From positions 1 through 42,410 of the IMG/VR virus record IMGVR_UViG_3300032269_000163: DNA of 42,410 nt; one strand, 5' to 3'. Below are positions 35,838 to 42,410 of this stretch, piece after piece. The stretch is from a virus (Duplodnaviria > Caudoviricetes). Position 1 is the stretch's first letter. Every line of letters starts with the position of its first letter. The notes beneath the pieces were generated by a model. The model did no database searches. It was not told the DNA's origin and saw nothing but the letters and a program-made list of their open reading frames with translations. Position numbers and translations under genes: made by a program.

Positions 35838-37759
35838 CCATAGCATTTGCAGCAATTGACGTTGAGACAACACTCAACGGCAACGAAGACGTAGGACTAG
35901 CTCATCCTATGCACCCTGACAACAAAGTCGTAGCTTATGGTATGTGTCTAAAATCACCACACACTACATATGATTGTGATACGTTTGATCTTTACATAAA
36001 CACTCTTGATAAAGAGACCATTCTTTGCGGGCATAACATTTCTTTTGATCTGATGTATCTGTACAAAGAAAGCACAGCCTTAAAGTACAAACTACAAACA
36101 CACAAGATCTGGGACACACAACTAGCAGAGTACATCCTGTCTGGTCAACGTACCAAATTTTCTAGTTTAGACGAGTTATCAGTAAAGTATGGTCTACCTA
36201 TCAAAGACGATGGAATTAAAAAGTATTTTCAAGCAGGTCTTGGCTCTGACAAGATTCCTTCTGAAGAACTAATCCCATACCTAGAACAAGACGTAGCTAA
36301 CACCCGTACTATTGCTAAAAAACAATACGAACTAGCTGTTGCTAGTGAACAAATTTGGCTGATTGAAAGCCAGATGGAAGCACTCCATGCAACCACAGAG
36401 ATGCAATTTAACGGGCTGCACATAGACAAAACAAGGCTGGACACATACACAGTTGAAGTCGTAGACAAGTATGTGGAAGTCAAGCTTGACCTAGAAGCAC
36501 TAGCAGCAGGTCATGTAGAAGACATCAACAGCCCTAAACAATGGTCACAGTTTTTCTTTGGTGGCAAGAAGAAAGTCAAAGTCAAAGAAGAAGTGGGTGT
36601 CTACAAGAACGGTAACACCAAATACAAGCTTGTAGAGAAGACAGTTGCTATCAAGCCGTTTATTGCTTACGTACCAGACCCAGAGAAAGTATCTGCAAAA
36701 ACAGGTCAGATCTCAGTTGATGACACAGTACTCAACGACATGTTGAAGCACACGTTTGATGCTAAAGCAATTGCAATCATCAATGGTTTGTTGAAGTACA
36801 GAGAGTTGTCTAAGCAGTTGTCAACGTATGTGCAAGGTTTAAGCAAACACATCATTGGTGACTTCATACACGGCAAACTCAACCACACAGCAACAGTCAC
36901 AGGTCGTTTATCGTCAACCAACCCTAATTTACAAAATATCAGTAATAACCCGATTAAACAAATTTTTAATTCGAGATATACTGATGGTGTAATTATTGAG
37001 GTTGATTTTAATCAACTAGAGGTTGTGGCTCTTGCTCATGTTACTAAGGACAAACAGTTGATAGCTGACATTAGTAGCGGGGTAGACATTCACAGTGCTC
37101 TGTACAAAGACATGTTTGGCAGGATGCCAACCAAGGAGGAAAGGAAGCCATTCAAGTCTCGGACGTTTCAGTTGATCTACGGTGCAGGTGCTAAGGCTAT
37201 TGCCAAACAAGCAGGTTGTACCTTAGAAGAAGCCACAAAGTTTGTAGATGTGTTCTATGGTCGTTACAAATCAGTAGCTAAATGGCACGTAGAGTTTGCA
37301 AAAATGGTTGAAATAAATGCGATAAACGGTGTGAACGAAGAAGGGTTTATGGAGAAGTTCAGAACCTACGTTCATCAGACTGAGACAGGCAGGAAGTATT
37401 GCTTCTCAGAGTATTACAACGAGAGTAGTTGGTCAACAAGAATGTACACGTTCAGTCCTACAGAGTTGAAAAACTACCCAGTGCAAGGTTTAGCTACTGG
37501 AGATATTGTCCCAATGATGTTGGGCATTATCTTTAGGCGGCTAATAGGCAGAGATGATGTGAAGATGGTTAACACCATTCACGATTCTCTAATGTTCGAT
37601 GTCAAGTCTGAATCAGCAGACACTTTTATTACGGAGATCACAACAATTCTTCAATGTACCCACATCTACTTTGAAGAAACATTCAAGAAGCCACTGGCTC
37701 TCAAGCTCAATGCAGGAGCATCAGTTGGTAAAAATTGGTTTGATATGAAAGAACTTTGA
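35834..37759 (+). CDS. polA: Family A DNA polymerase with 3'-5' exonuclease
   Basis: ExoI DVETT, ExoII HNISFD, ExoIII YLEQD, TGRLSS..PNLQN, motif A DFNQLE, motif B RKPFKSRTFQLIYG, motif C IHDS. Confidence 0.95.
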   Translation: MTIAFAAIDVETTLNGNEDVGLAHPMHPDNKVVAYGMCLKSPHTTYDCDTFDLYINTLDKETILCGHNISFDLMYLYKESTALKYKLQTHKIWDTQLAEYILSGQRTKFSSLDELSVKYGLPIKDDGIKKYFQAGLGSDKIPSEELIPYLEQDVANTRTIAKKQYELAVASEQIWLIESQMEALHATTEMQFNGLHIDKTRLDTYTVEVVDKYVEVKLDLEALAAGHVEDINSPKQWSQFFFGGKKKVKVKEEVGVYKNGNTKYKLVEKTVAIKPFIAYVPDPEKVSAKTGQISVDDTVLNDMLKHTFDAKAIAIINGLLKYRELSKQLSTYVQGLSKHIIGDFIHGKLNHTATVTGRLSSTNPNLQNISNNPIKQIFNSRYTDGVIIEVDFNQLEVVALAHVTKDKQLIADISSGVDIHSALYKDMFGRMPTKEERKPFKSRTFQLIYGAGAKAIAKQAGCTLEEATKFVDVFYGRYKSVAKWHVEFAKMVEINAINGVNEEGFMEKFRTYVHQTETGRKYCFSEYYNESSWSTRMYTFSPTELKNYPVQGLATGDIVPMMLGIIFRRLIGRDDVKMVNTIHDSLMFDVKSESADTFITEITTILQCTHIYFEETFKKPLALKLNAGASVGKNWFDMKEL

Positions 37760-37760
37760 A

Positions 37761-38267
37761 ATGACTATGCAGACAGGTATCGTAGAAGCAGTTTCTACAA
37801 AAGACGTAAGTACCAAGTTTGGTACAAAGCCAACTTTCTCAATGAAAGTAAACGGCACTTGGGTCAAATGTGGGTTTAAGAACCCCAACGTTGCAGTTGG
37901 CTATGAGGTTGAGTTTGATGGTGTAAGCGGTACTTACGGAGTGGAGACTAAAAGCGTCAACATTCTCCGCAAAGCAGACGCAGCACCTACAACAGCGACC
38001 GCTGTAGCGGCTCCCAAAGCCGCCTACAGTGGCTACAAAGAGAAGGTATTCCCAATCCCTCCTCTGCATGGTGACAGGGCTATTGTTCGTCAGAACGCTT
38101 TAGCTCGTGCCACAGACCTCTACATTGCAGCTCGTGGTGGTAAACCCTTTGAGTTGGAAGCAAGTACTTTGGATCTTGTTATTAATCTTGCTCGTAAGTT
38201 TGAGGCTTACACAGCAGGTGATATTGACATGATGGAAGCAATGGAAGAAACACAAACACCAGAGTAA
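37761..38267 (+). CDS. Probable single-stranded DNA-binding protein
   Basis: OB-fold-like beta N-terminus, IVRQNAL..A helix, acidic tail; follows the polymerase. Confidence 0.55.
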   Translation: MTMQTGIVEAVSTKDVSTKFGTKPTFSMKVNGTWVKCGFKNPNVAVGYEVEFDGVSGTYGVETKSVNILRKADAAPTTATAVAAPKAAYSGYKEKVFPIPPLHGDRAIVRQNALARATDLYIAARGGKPFELEASTLDLVINLARKFEAYTAGDIDMMEAMEETQTPE

Positions 38268-38274
38268 ACCTTTT

Positions 38275-38303
38275 GTGAGAGCCGTAAAAAGCTCTCACTT
38301 TTT
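38275..38303 (+). terminator. Intrinsic terminator
   Basis: GTGAGAGC-loop-GCTCTCAC followed by TTTTT. Confidence 0.75.
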
Positions 38304-38316
38304 AAGAAAGAAACAA

Positions 38317-38523
38317 ATGGAAACACGTAAACCAGGTCGTCCTAAAAAGGTAGACGGAGCAACACCGCCACCTAAACCTAAAACCAAGATCTACAAAGCA
38401 ATTGGTTTAGAAAAAGAAGTGTACGAAAAGCTTGATGTTATTAGGAACAGGTACGCTGTTGAGTTGGGGTTTGTAATGTCCTTCTCACAAACAATCTCTT
38501 ACTTAACCAGGGACCTTAAATGA
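38317..38523 (+). CDS. Small DNA-binding protein (AT-hook-like + ribbon-helix-helix-like)
   Basis: RKPGRPKK followed by KAIGLEKEVYEKL..SFSQTISYL. Confidence 0.55.
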   Translation: METRKPGRPKKVDGATPPPKPKTKIYKAIGLEKEVYEKLDVIRNRYAVELGFVMSFSQTISYLTRDLK

Positions 38524-38696
38524 GTGCTGTATTAGTTCCAAAAGAAGCTTTAGAAAAAGTTCTTGATTACTTGTGGGAAGACGAACAAAAAGACTATCAA
38601 GAATGCGCTGCTATGGATTGGTCTAAAGAAGATTTAGAACAACACATCTTTTCTTTTGTAAAACAATTGAAGGATGTTGTAAATGACCAATACTAA
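38520..38696 (+). CDS. Small hypothetical protein (58 aa, not in ORF track)
   Basis: MSAVLVPKEALEKVLDYLWEDEQKDY...; ATGA overlap. Confidence 0.65.
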   Translation: MSAVLVPKEALEKVLDYLWEDEQKDYQECAAMDWSKEDLEQHIFSFVKQLKDVVNDQY

Positions 38697-38705
38697 AGAA
38701 ACAAT

Positions 38706-39398
38706 ATGAGAGCACTCATTGACGGAGACATTGTTGTTTACCGTGGAGCTGCGTCAGCAGAGAAAGAAGAACAATGGGTAGCCCTAGCAAGGGCTGACCA
38801 AATGGTTCAAGACATCCTTGCAGACACAGGTGCTACGTCTTACAACGTGTATCTCACAGGTACGAGTAACTTTCGTAGGGAGATTGCTCCTAGCTACAAA
38901 GCTAATCGTCCTGATGAAAGACCTACACATTGGCAAGCAGTGCGTGAGTTCTTAGTAACACACCACAAAGCACAGATATGTGATGGGTTTGAAGCAGACG
39001 ATGAGATGGGTGTGCAGCAAGACAAGGAAACAATGACAACAGTAATTTGTTCTATAGACAAAGACCTGTTGCAGATCCCAGGTAGGCACTACAACTTTGT
39101 GAGGAAAGAACACAAGGTCGTAGATCGTGACCAAGGTCTAAAGCACTTGTATCTACAGAGTCTCATAGGTGACAGGAGTGACAACATCATTGGTGTAGCT
39201 GGCATTGGACCAGTAAAGGCAGAGCAAGCTTTAGCAGAGCTGCTGCCTGAAGAGTGGTACGACAAGTGCCGAGAACTCTATAACGATGACGAACGCTTTC
39301 ATCTCAACATGAAACTGCTGTACATCTGGCAGAAACCTAACGACATGTGGGAACCCCCTAACAAGGACAACAATGATCAACAGATCCATACTGCCTAG
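38706..39398 (+). CDS. 5'-3' exonuclease (T7 gp6 / FEN-like)
   Basis: LIDGD, YKANR, EADD, DKDLLQ and GDRSDNI.GV.GIGPVKA motifs. Confidence 0.92.
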   Translation: MRALIDGDIVVYRGAASAEKEEQWVALARADQMVQDILADTGATSYNVYLTGTSNFRREIAPSYKANRPDERPTHWQAVREFLVTHHKAQICDGFEADDEMGVQQDKETMTTVICSIDKDLLQIPGRHYNFVRKEHKVVDRDQGLKHLYLQSLIGDRSDNIIGVAGIGPVKAEQALAELLPEEWYDKCRELYNDDERFHLNMKLLYIWQKPNDMWEPPNKDNNDQQIHTA

Positions 39399-39513
39399 AC
39401 TGCCACAACGCTTTGCACATTGGTTATGTGCAGGTGAAGATCCATTTAAATTGAGCAGCGACCAATTACTTTGGTTTGCTGCATTTGTAAAAGAAGCGGA
39501 GAAAACAGAATGA
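39373..39513 (+). CDS. Small hypothetical protein (46 aa)
   Basis: MINRSILPRLPQRFAHWLC...; AAGGA RBS; ATGA-coupled to the next ORF. Confidence 0.5.
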   Translation: MINRSILPRLPQRFAHWLCAGEDPFKLSSDQLLWFAAFVKEAEKTE

Positions 39514-39698
39514 GAGATCCAAAAGCCTTTATTGACAACGCTAAACAAAGATCAGATGTTATGTACCGTGATGGTACGGCTGAAGACCGTTTATCTTTTA
39601 GAGTGGGTATGTTGGAGTCGTACATCAAAGGGTTGTGCGACATTATCAACGAGTACGAAGAAGAGATTGACAAAGTTACAGCAGTTTTTGACAAATAA
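39510..39698 (+). CDS. Hypothetical protein
   Basis: Start at MRDPKAF; GGAG RBS. Confidence 0.6.
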   Translation: MRDPKAFIDNAKQRSDVMYRDGTAEDRLSFRVGMLESYIKGLCDIINEYEEEIDKVTAVFDK

Positions 39699-40099
39699 TG
39701 CCTAGACCTAAACGACACAACCCTGCGGGGTATCGCAGCGGCTTAGAGATTAGGTTTCAAGCTGCTTGCGAAGCAAAAGGGTGGAAGCTTGCTTACGAAC
39801 AAGACAAGATCAAGTACGTAATACCAGCAAGCAATCACACCTACACACCAGACTTCACTGTTACTAAGAACGTCTACATAGAAACCAAAGGTCTATGGAC
39901 AGGAGCTGACAGAAAGAAGGCTGCACTCATCAAAGAACAACATCCAGACATCACCATTCTTTACGTGTTGCAACGCAACCAGGGCATAACCAAGAAGAGT
40001 AAGACCACTTACCTTGATTGGGCAGCTAAGAACGGATTGGATGCTTGTGTGTTTTCTAACACAGAACATTGGCAAAACTTTATTATGAGGCACTTATGA
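39698..40099 (+). CDS. T7 endonuclease I-like Holliday junction resolvase
   Basis: YRSGLE, YTPDF, IETKG and TTYLDWA motifs. Confidence 0.9.
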   Translation: MPRPKRHNPAGYRSGLEIRFQAACEAKGWKLAYEQDKIKYVIPASNHTYTPDFTVTKNVYIETKGLWTGADRKKAALIKEQHPDITILYVLQRNQGITKKSKTTYLDWAAKNGLDACVFSNTEHWQNFIMRHL

Positions 40100-40356
40100 A
40101 AATATCCCAAGAAGCAAACGAACACAATCTTAAACAGATTAACGCTATGCAAGAACGTTGGAAACAAATCTCTGAAATAACTTTAGCAGCACTTGCTAAG
40201 CCAGCAACACCGCCTACCAGTACGTTTAACAACGGTTCGTATAAGACTGGGGATGGTGAAAAACTTCAGCCTGTACGACCTGGTAGCGAAGACCACAAAA
40301 GATGGCCCTCAAAAGGATTGCTCTCGGATGTTCCTAATAACAGAGGTGAAGCATGA
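40096..40356 (+). CDS. Hypothetical protein
   Basis: ATGA overlap; RPGSEDH..WPS motif. Confidence 0.6.
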   Translation: MKISQEANEHNLKQINAMQERWKQISEITLAALAKPATPPTSTFNNGSYKTGDGEKLQPVRPGSEDHKRWPSKGLLSDVPNNRGEA

Positions 40357-40568
40357 CACAAGATGAAATCATTGAAATGGCTTGCCAAGCATTTGATGGA
40401 GTTATTAAAAAAGAAGAACGCGACAATTTCATAACCTTTGCAAAACTGGTAGCCGCCAAAGAACGTGAAGCCTGTGCTGTTGCTTGTGAAAAAGAGCTAG
40501 AGTATTGGGGCTGGAACATTGTTTTTGATTCTTCAAAACTCATCAGAGCCAGAGGTGAACAAACATGA
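40353..40568 (+). CDS. Hypothetical protein
   Basis: FAKLVAAKEREACA..CE..IRARG motif; coupled to neighbours. Confidence 0.65.
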   Translation: MTQDEIIEMACQAFDGVIKKEERDNFITFAKLVAAKEREACAVACEKELEYWGWNIVFDSSKLIRARGEQT

Positions 40569-40771
40569 CCAAGTTGACAGGAGCCGCTCTTGACAAAGCC
40601 GTTGCAAACGTGCTGGGAATTAAAAGCGTACACAACTGTGAGAAGTGGAAAGGAGGTGAGCGCACATGGGTAGAGCTGACTGATGAGGAACGCCAAGTGT
40701 GTACGCAGTCGCCATTCACAGCGGAAAACTACCTGGCTATTGAGGCCAAACTTAAGGAGAAAAACACATGA
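40565..40771 (+). CDS. Hypothetical protein
   Basis: WVELTDEE..AIEAKLKEKN motif; coupled to neighbours. Confidence 0.65.
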   Translation: MTKLTGAALDKAVANVLGIKSVHNCEKWKGGERTWVELTDEERQVCTQSPFTAENYLAIEAKLKEKNT

Positions 40772-40962
40772 TGACGCCAAAATTCATGCAATTACTTGAA
40801 CGGTGCATCGAGGACGGTGTTGTTATTGGTCATAATAGGGCATATAAGCACACCAATAACCCAAGTAAAACGCAAATTAACGAGTCAATTGTCAACGAAG
40901 TGTTTATTCAAATACATGAGTGGTTTGATTTTGATGACGCAAAAGAGAAGAACAATGCTTGA
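40768..40962 (+). CDS. Hypothetical protein
   Basis: AGGAG RBS; G..RAYKH..P..EWFDF motif. Confidence 0.65.
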   Translation: MMTPKFMQLLERCIEDGVVIGHNRAYKHTNNPSKTQINESIVNEVFIQIHEWFDFDDAKEKNNA

Positions 40963-41122
40963 AGCAATTAGAACATTCTGGGGTAAGGTGCGTGGCTTGC
41001 GTGGTGAACGCCAGACAATCGTAGAGCAGGGGCTGGTATACAGATGTACCAAGTGCCAACTTATTTTCTTAACCAAATCAGCAGGGGAGCAACATCAATG
41101 CCAAGACCAAAAAGTGAACTAA
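40955..41122 (+). CDS. Small C2H2/C2HC-like zinc-finger protein
   Basis: YRCTKCQLIFLTKSAGEQHQC; start at MLEAIR. Confidence 0.6.
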   Translation: MLEAIRTFWGKVRGLRGERQTIVEQGLVYRCTKCQLIFLTKSAGEQHQCQDQKVN

Positions 41123-41292
41123 CAGGCGTAGGTACAAACATAGCTGTACGACTAATACCCGCACACTACGAAGAGTGGAAACGTTTAGGAGGACCCAAAT
41201 GGTTACGACAACAACTATCTCAAAGCATCAAAAACAAAAATGAAGAAACAAAACCAGTAAAACAATCCTTGTCCTATAGAACCATAGTTTAA
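41098..41292 (+). CDS. Small ribbon-helix-helix-like DNA-binding protein
   Basis: MPRPKSE..IAVRL..EEWKRLGGPKWLR; GGAG RBS. Confidence 0.55.
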   Translation: MPRPKSELTGVGTNIAVRLIPAHYEEWKRLGGPKWLRQQLSQSIKNKNEETKPVKQSLSYRTIV

Positions 41293-41364
41293 TATTTGAT
41301 TTGTCATAGATCTGGGGTACAGTTTGTTTGCGGGCTGTTCCGCATCTAATTTTAGGAGTAGGTT

Positions 41365-41643
41365 ATGTACAAATTGGTTATTGACATTGGCGATTGGGAT
41401 TGGTCTGAAGAAGACAAAGTGACCATTGAAACTTTTGACTTTGAAAAAGCTCAGATTATTCAAGAATTCATCGAGTTCCAAAAAGAAAACGGTTGGGATG
41501 CCGACTATGCTTTGGTTGAGTATGAAGATGCTCAGTGCGAGGAAGAAGCCGAAGAAGAAGAAGTTGAAGACGAATTAGCCGACTACGTTGTTGGTGACAT
41601 TGTTGAAGACGAAGACGGTCTTGTTTGGGAATTGGTCGGCTGA
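41365..41643 (+). CDS. Highly acidic protein
   Basis: AGGAG RBS; roughly one third Asp/Glu. Confidence 0.7.
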   Translation: MYKLVIDIGDWDWSEEDKVTIETFDFEKAQIIQEFIEFQKENGWDADYALVEYEDAQCEEEAEEEEVEDELADYVVGDIVEDEDGLVWELVG

Positions 41644-41670
41644 TATAATTGCTTTGCAGTTGTCCTTAAG

Positions 41671-41708
41671 GGGAGACAAGTTACTAATAACTTGCTCCCC
41701 TATTTTTA
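41671..41708. terminator. Terminator between convergent genes
   Basis: GGGAG(A)CAAGTTA-CTAA-TAACTTGCTCCC followed by TATTTTT. Confidence 0.65.
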
Positions 41709-42410
41709 TACGTCATAAATCTTGCCACGAAATTCAATTTGATTGTCTGACCAAGTATGTACCAGTTCAGGCCATAATAAATTTCCATCATGGAATGTCA
41801 GGATAGCAAATCCACTGCGCCAATTGGTAGGTGAAAGTTCCAAATAATTTTCAAATTGGGGACCTGTAGGTTCCGCTAACGTTCCTGTATCTACACCATA
41901 ACGTGTTCCGTTATAGTCATCAAAAGGTGTAACCTTGAGGCTGTGTAAGTGTCCTGTAATTATGTTTACACCTGAGTTAACTGTGTTGTTATGAGTAGCA
42001 TGGATGCCACCTTTCCAACGGTGTTTAACAATTGTTCCTTCAGCGGGCCAACAAGCCCAACATGGATGCCAAGCAGGGAAATGGTCTTTCAGGCTGAACC
42101 CTTTGACGAATTCGTACTGCGGCGCATTTGCCGCTAAACGGTTCTCAAAACGAGCATCATGATTACCCAGCGTCCATATTAATTGAGTACTTTTGTTAAC
42201 TCTTTTTGCGGTGTCCTCAATCTCGCCCATTGCAATTTCACAGGCTTTGAGTTCTTGTATGACGGATGGTGTGGAGTCAAAGCCGTGCCTGTCATACCTT
42301 GAAATAGAAGCACCATCAAATATGTCGCCATTAGCGATCACAGACTTTGGCTTAAACTCTTTAATCGCCCATAAAAGTCCTTTAAACGCCGTGGTGTGGA
42401 TGCCGGGCCA
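41706..42410 (-). CDS. Calcineurin-like metallophosphoesterase (N-terminus beyond window)
   Basis: NGDIFD, GNHD and GHLH motifs; the frame stays open to the window end. Confidence 0.85.
   Translation of the reverse strand, partial: WPGIHTTAFKGLLWAIKEFKPKSVIANGDIFDGASISRYDRHGFDSTPSVIQELKACEIAMGEIEDTAKRVNKSTQLIWTLGNHDARFENRLAANAPQYEFVKGFSLKDHFPAWHPCWACWPAEGTIVKHRWKGGIHATHNNTVNSGVNIITGHLHSLKVTPFDDYNGTRYGVDTGTLAEPTGPQFENYLELSPTNWRSGFAILTFHDGNLLWPELVHTWSDNQIEFRGKIYDV

Larger units (their letters stand above)
2327..41691. repeat. Dispersed 12-14 bp palindrome (T)GTTMYTARKAAC(A), at least 22 copies
   Basis: Exact matches to the degenerate 12-mer start at 2327, 4162, 8230, 11972, 12917, 16177, 17874, 20862, 24988, 27443, 28031, 28579, 29553, 30258, 30863, 33877, 35276, 38437, 38948, 39860, 40330 and 41680. 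Confidence 0.9.

Noticed and set aside
35834-37759. Intron, intein or unusual chemistry in the DNA polymerase (HDS in motif C, FQLIYG in motif B)
   Set aside because: The ORF is continuous and of normal length with catalytic residues intact; such variants alone do not support a special claim.
40220-40270. FNNGSYKTGDGEKL resembling capsid FNSTYLGGDGVAL
   Set aside because: Low, gapped identity; not distinguishable from chance.
2327-41691. Reading the dispersed palindrome as a CRISPR repeat or an ordinary LexA box (Verrucomicrobia TGTTC-N4-GAACA is similar)
   Set aside because: Spacing is irregular and kb-scale, so it is not an array. Most sites are intragenic, favour GTTA half-sites and have a fixed YTAR core, unlike promoter SOS boxes. 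A host-regulator link is not fully excluded.
1-42410. Window as a complete circular genome
   Set aside because: The ends break in two different genes (ATP-grasp-like N-terminus and phosphoesterase interior), and no lysin is visible, so sequence is missing.

Overview
Most of a lytic-looking podovirus-type (P22-like tail) dsDNA phage genome, cut inside genes at both ends, with two divergent arms. The minus arm (about 26.1 kb down to 1) holds an atypical CAU tRNA, small Lys-rich proteins, terminase, portal, GroES, scaffold, major capsid, tail and fibre genes, a cupin-SET fusion, three probable ejection proteins and a partial ATP-grasp-like gene. The plus arm (27.1-41.6 kb) holds small early ORFs, a CobT/VWA + CobS/MoxR AAA pair, primase, DnaB helicase, a nucleotidyltransferase-fold protein, family A DNA polymerase, a probable SSB, a 5'-3' exonuclease and a T7 endonuclease I-like nuclease. 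I see no integrase, RNA polymerase, CRISPR array or lysin. Four things stand out. (1) A palindrome, (T)GTTMYTARKAAC(A), occurs at least 22 times across the genome, mostly inside genes. (2) An 11-aa copy of the capsid C-terminal peptide is fused to the nucleotidyltransferase, with mostly synonymous divergence. (3) A SET-domain fusion lies in the ejection module of a late arm that also encodes histone-H1-like peptides. (4) The tRNA is initiator-derived but has lost key initiator determinants. All product calls come from reading motifs and gene order by eye; no database searches were run.
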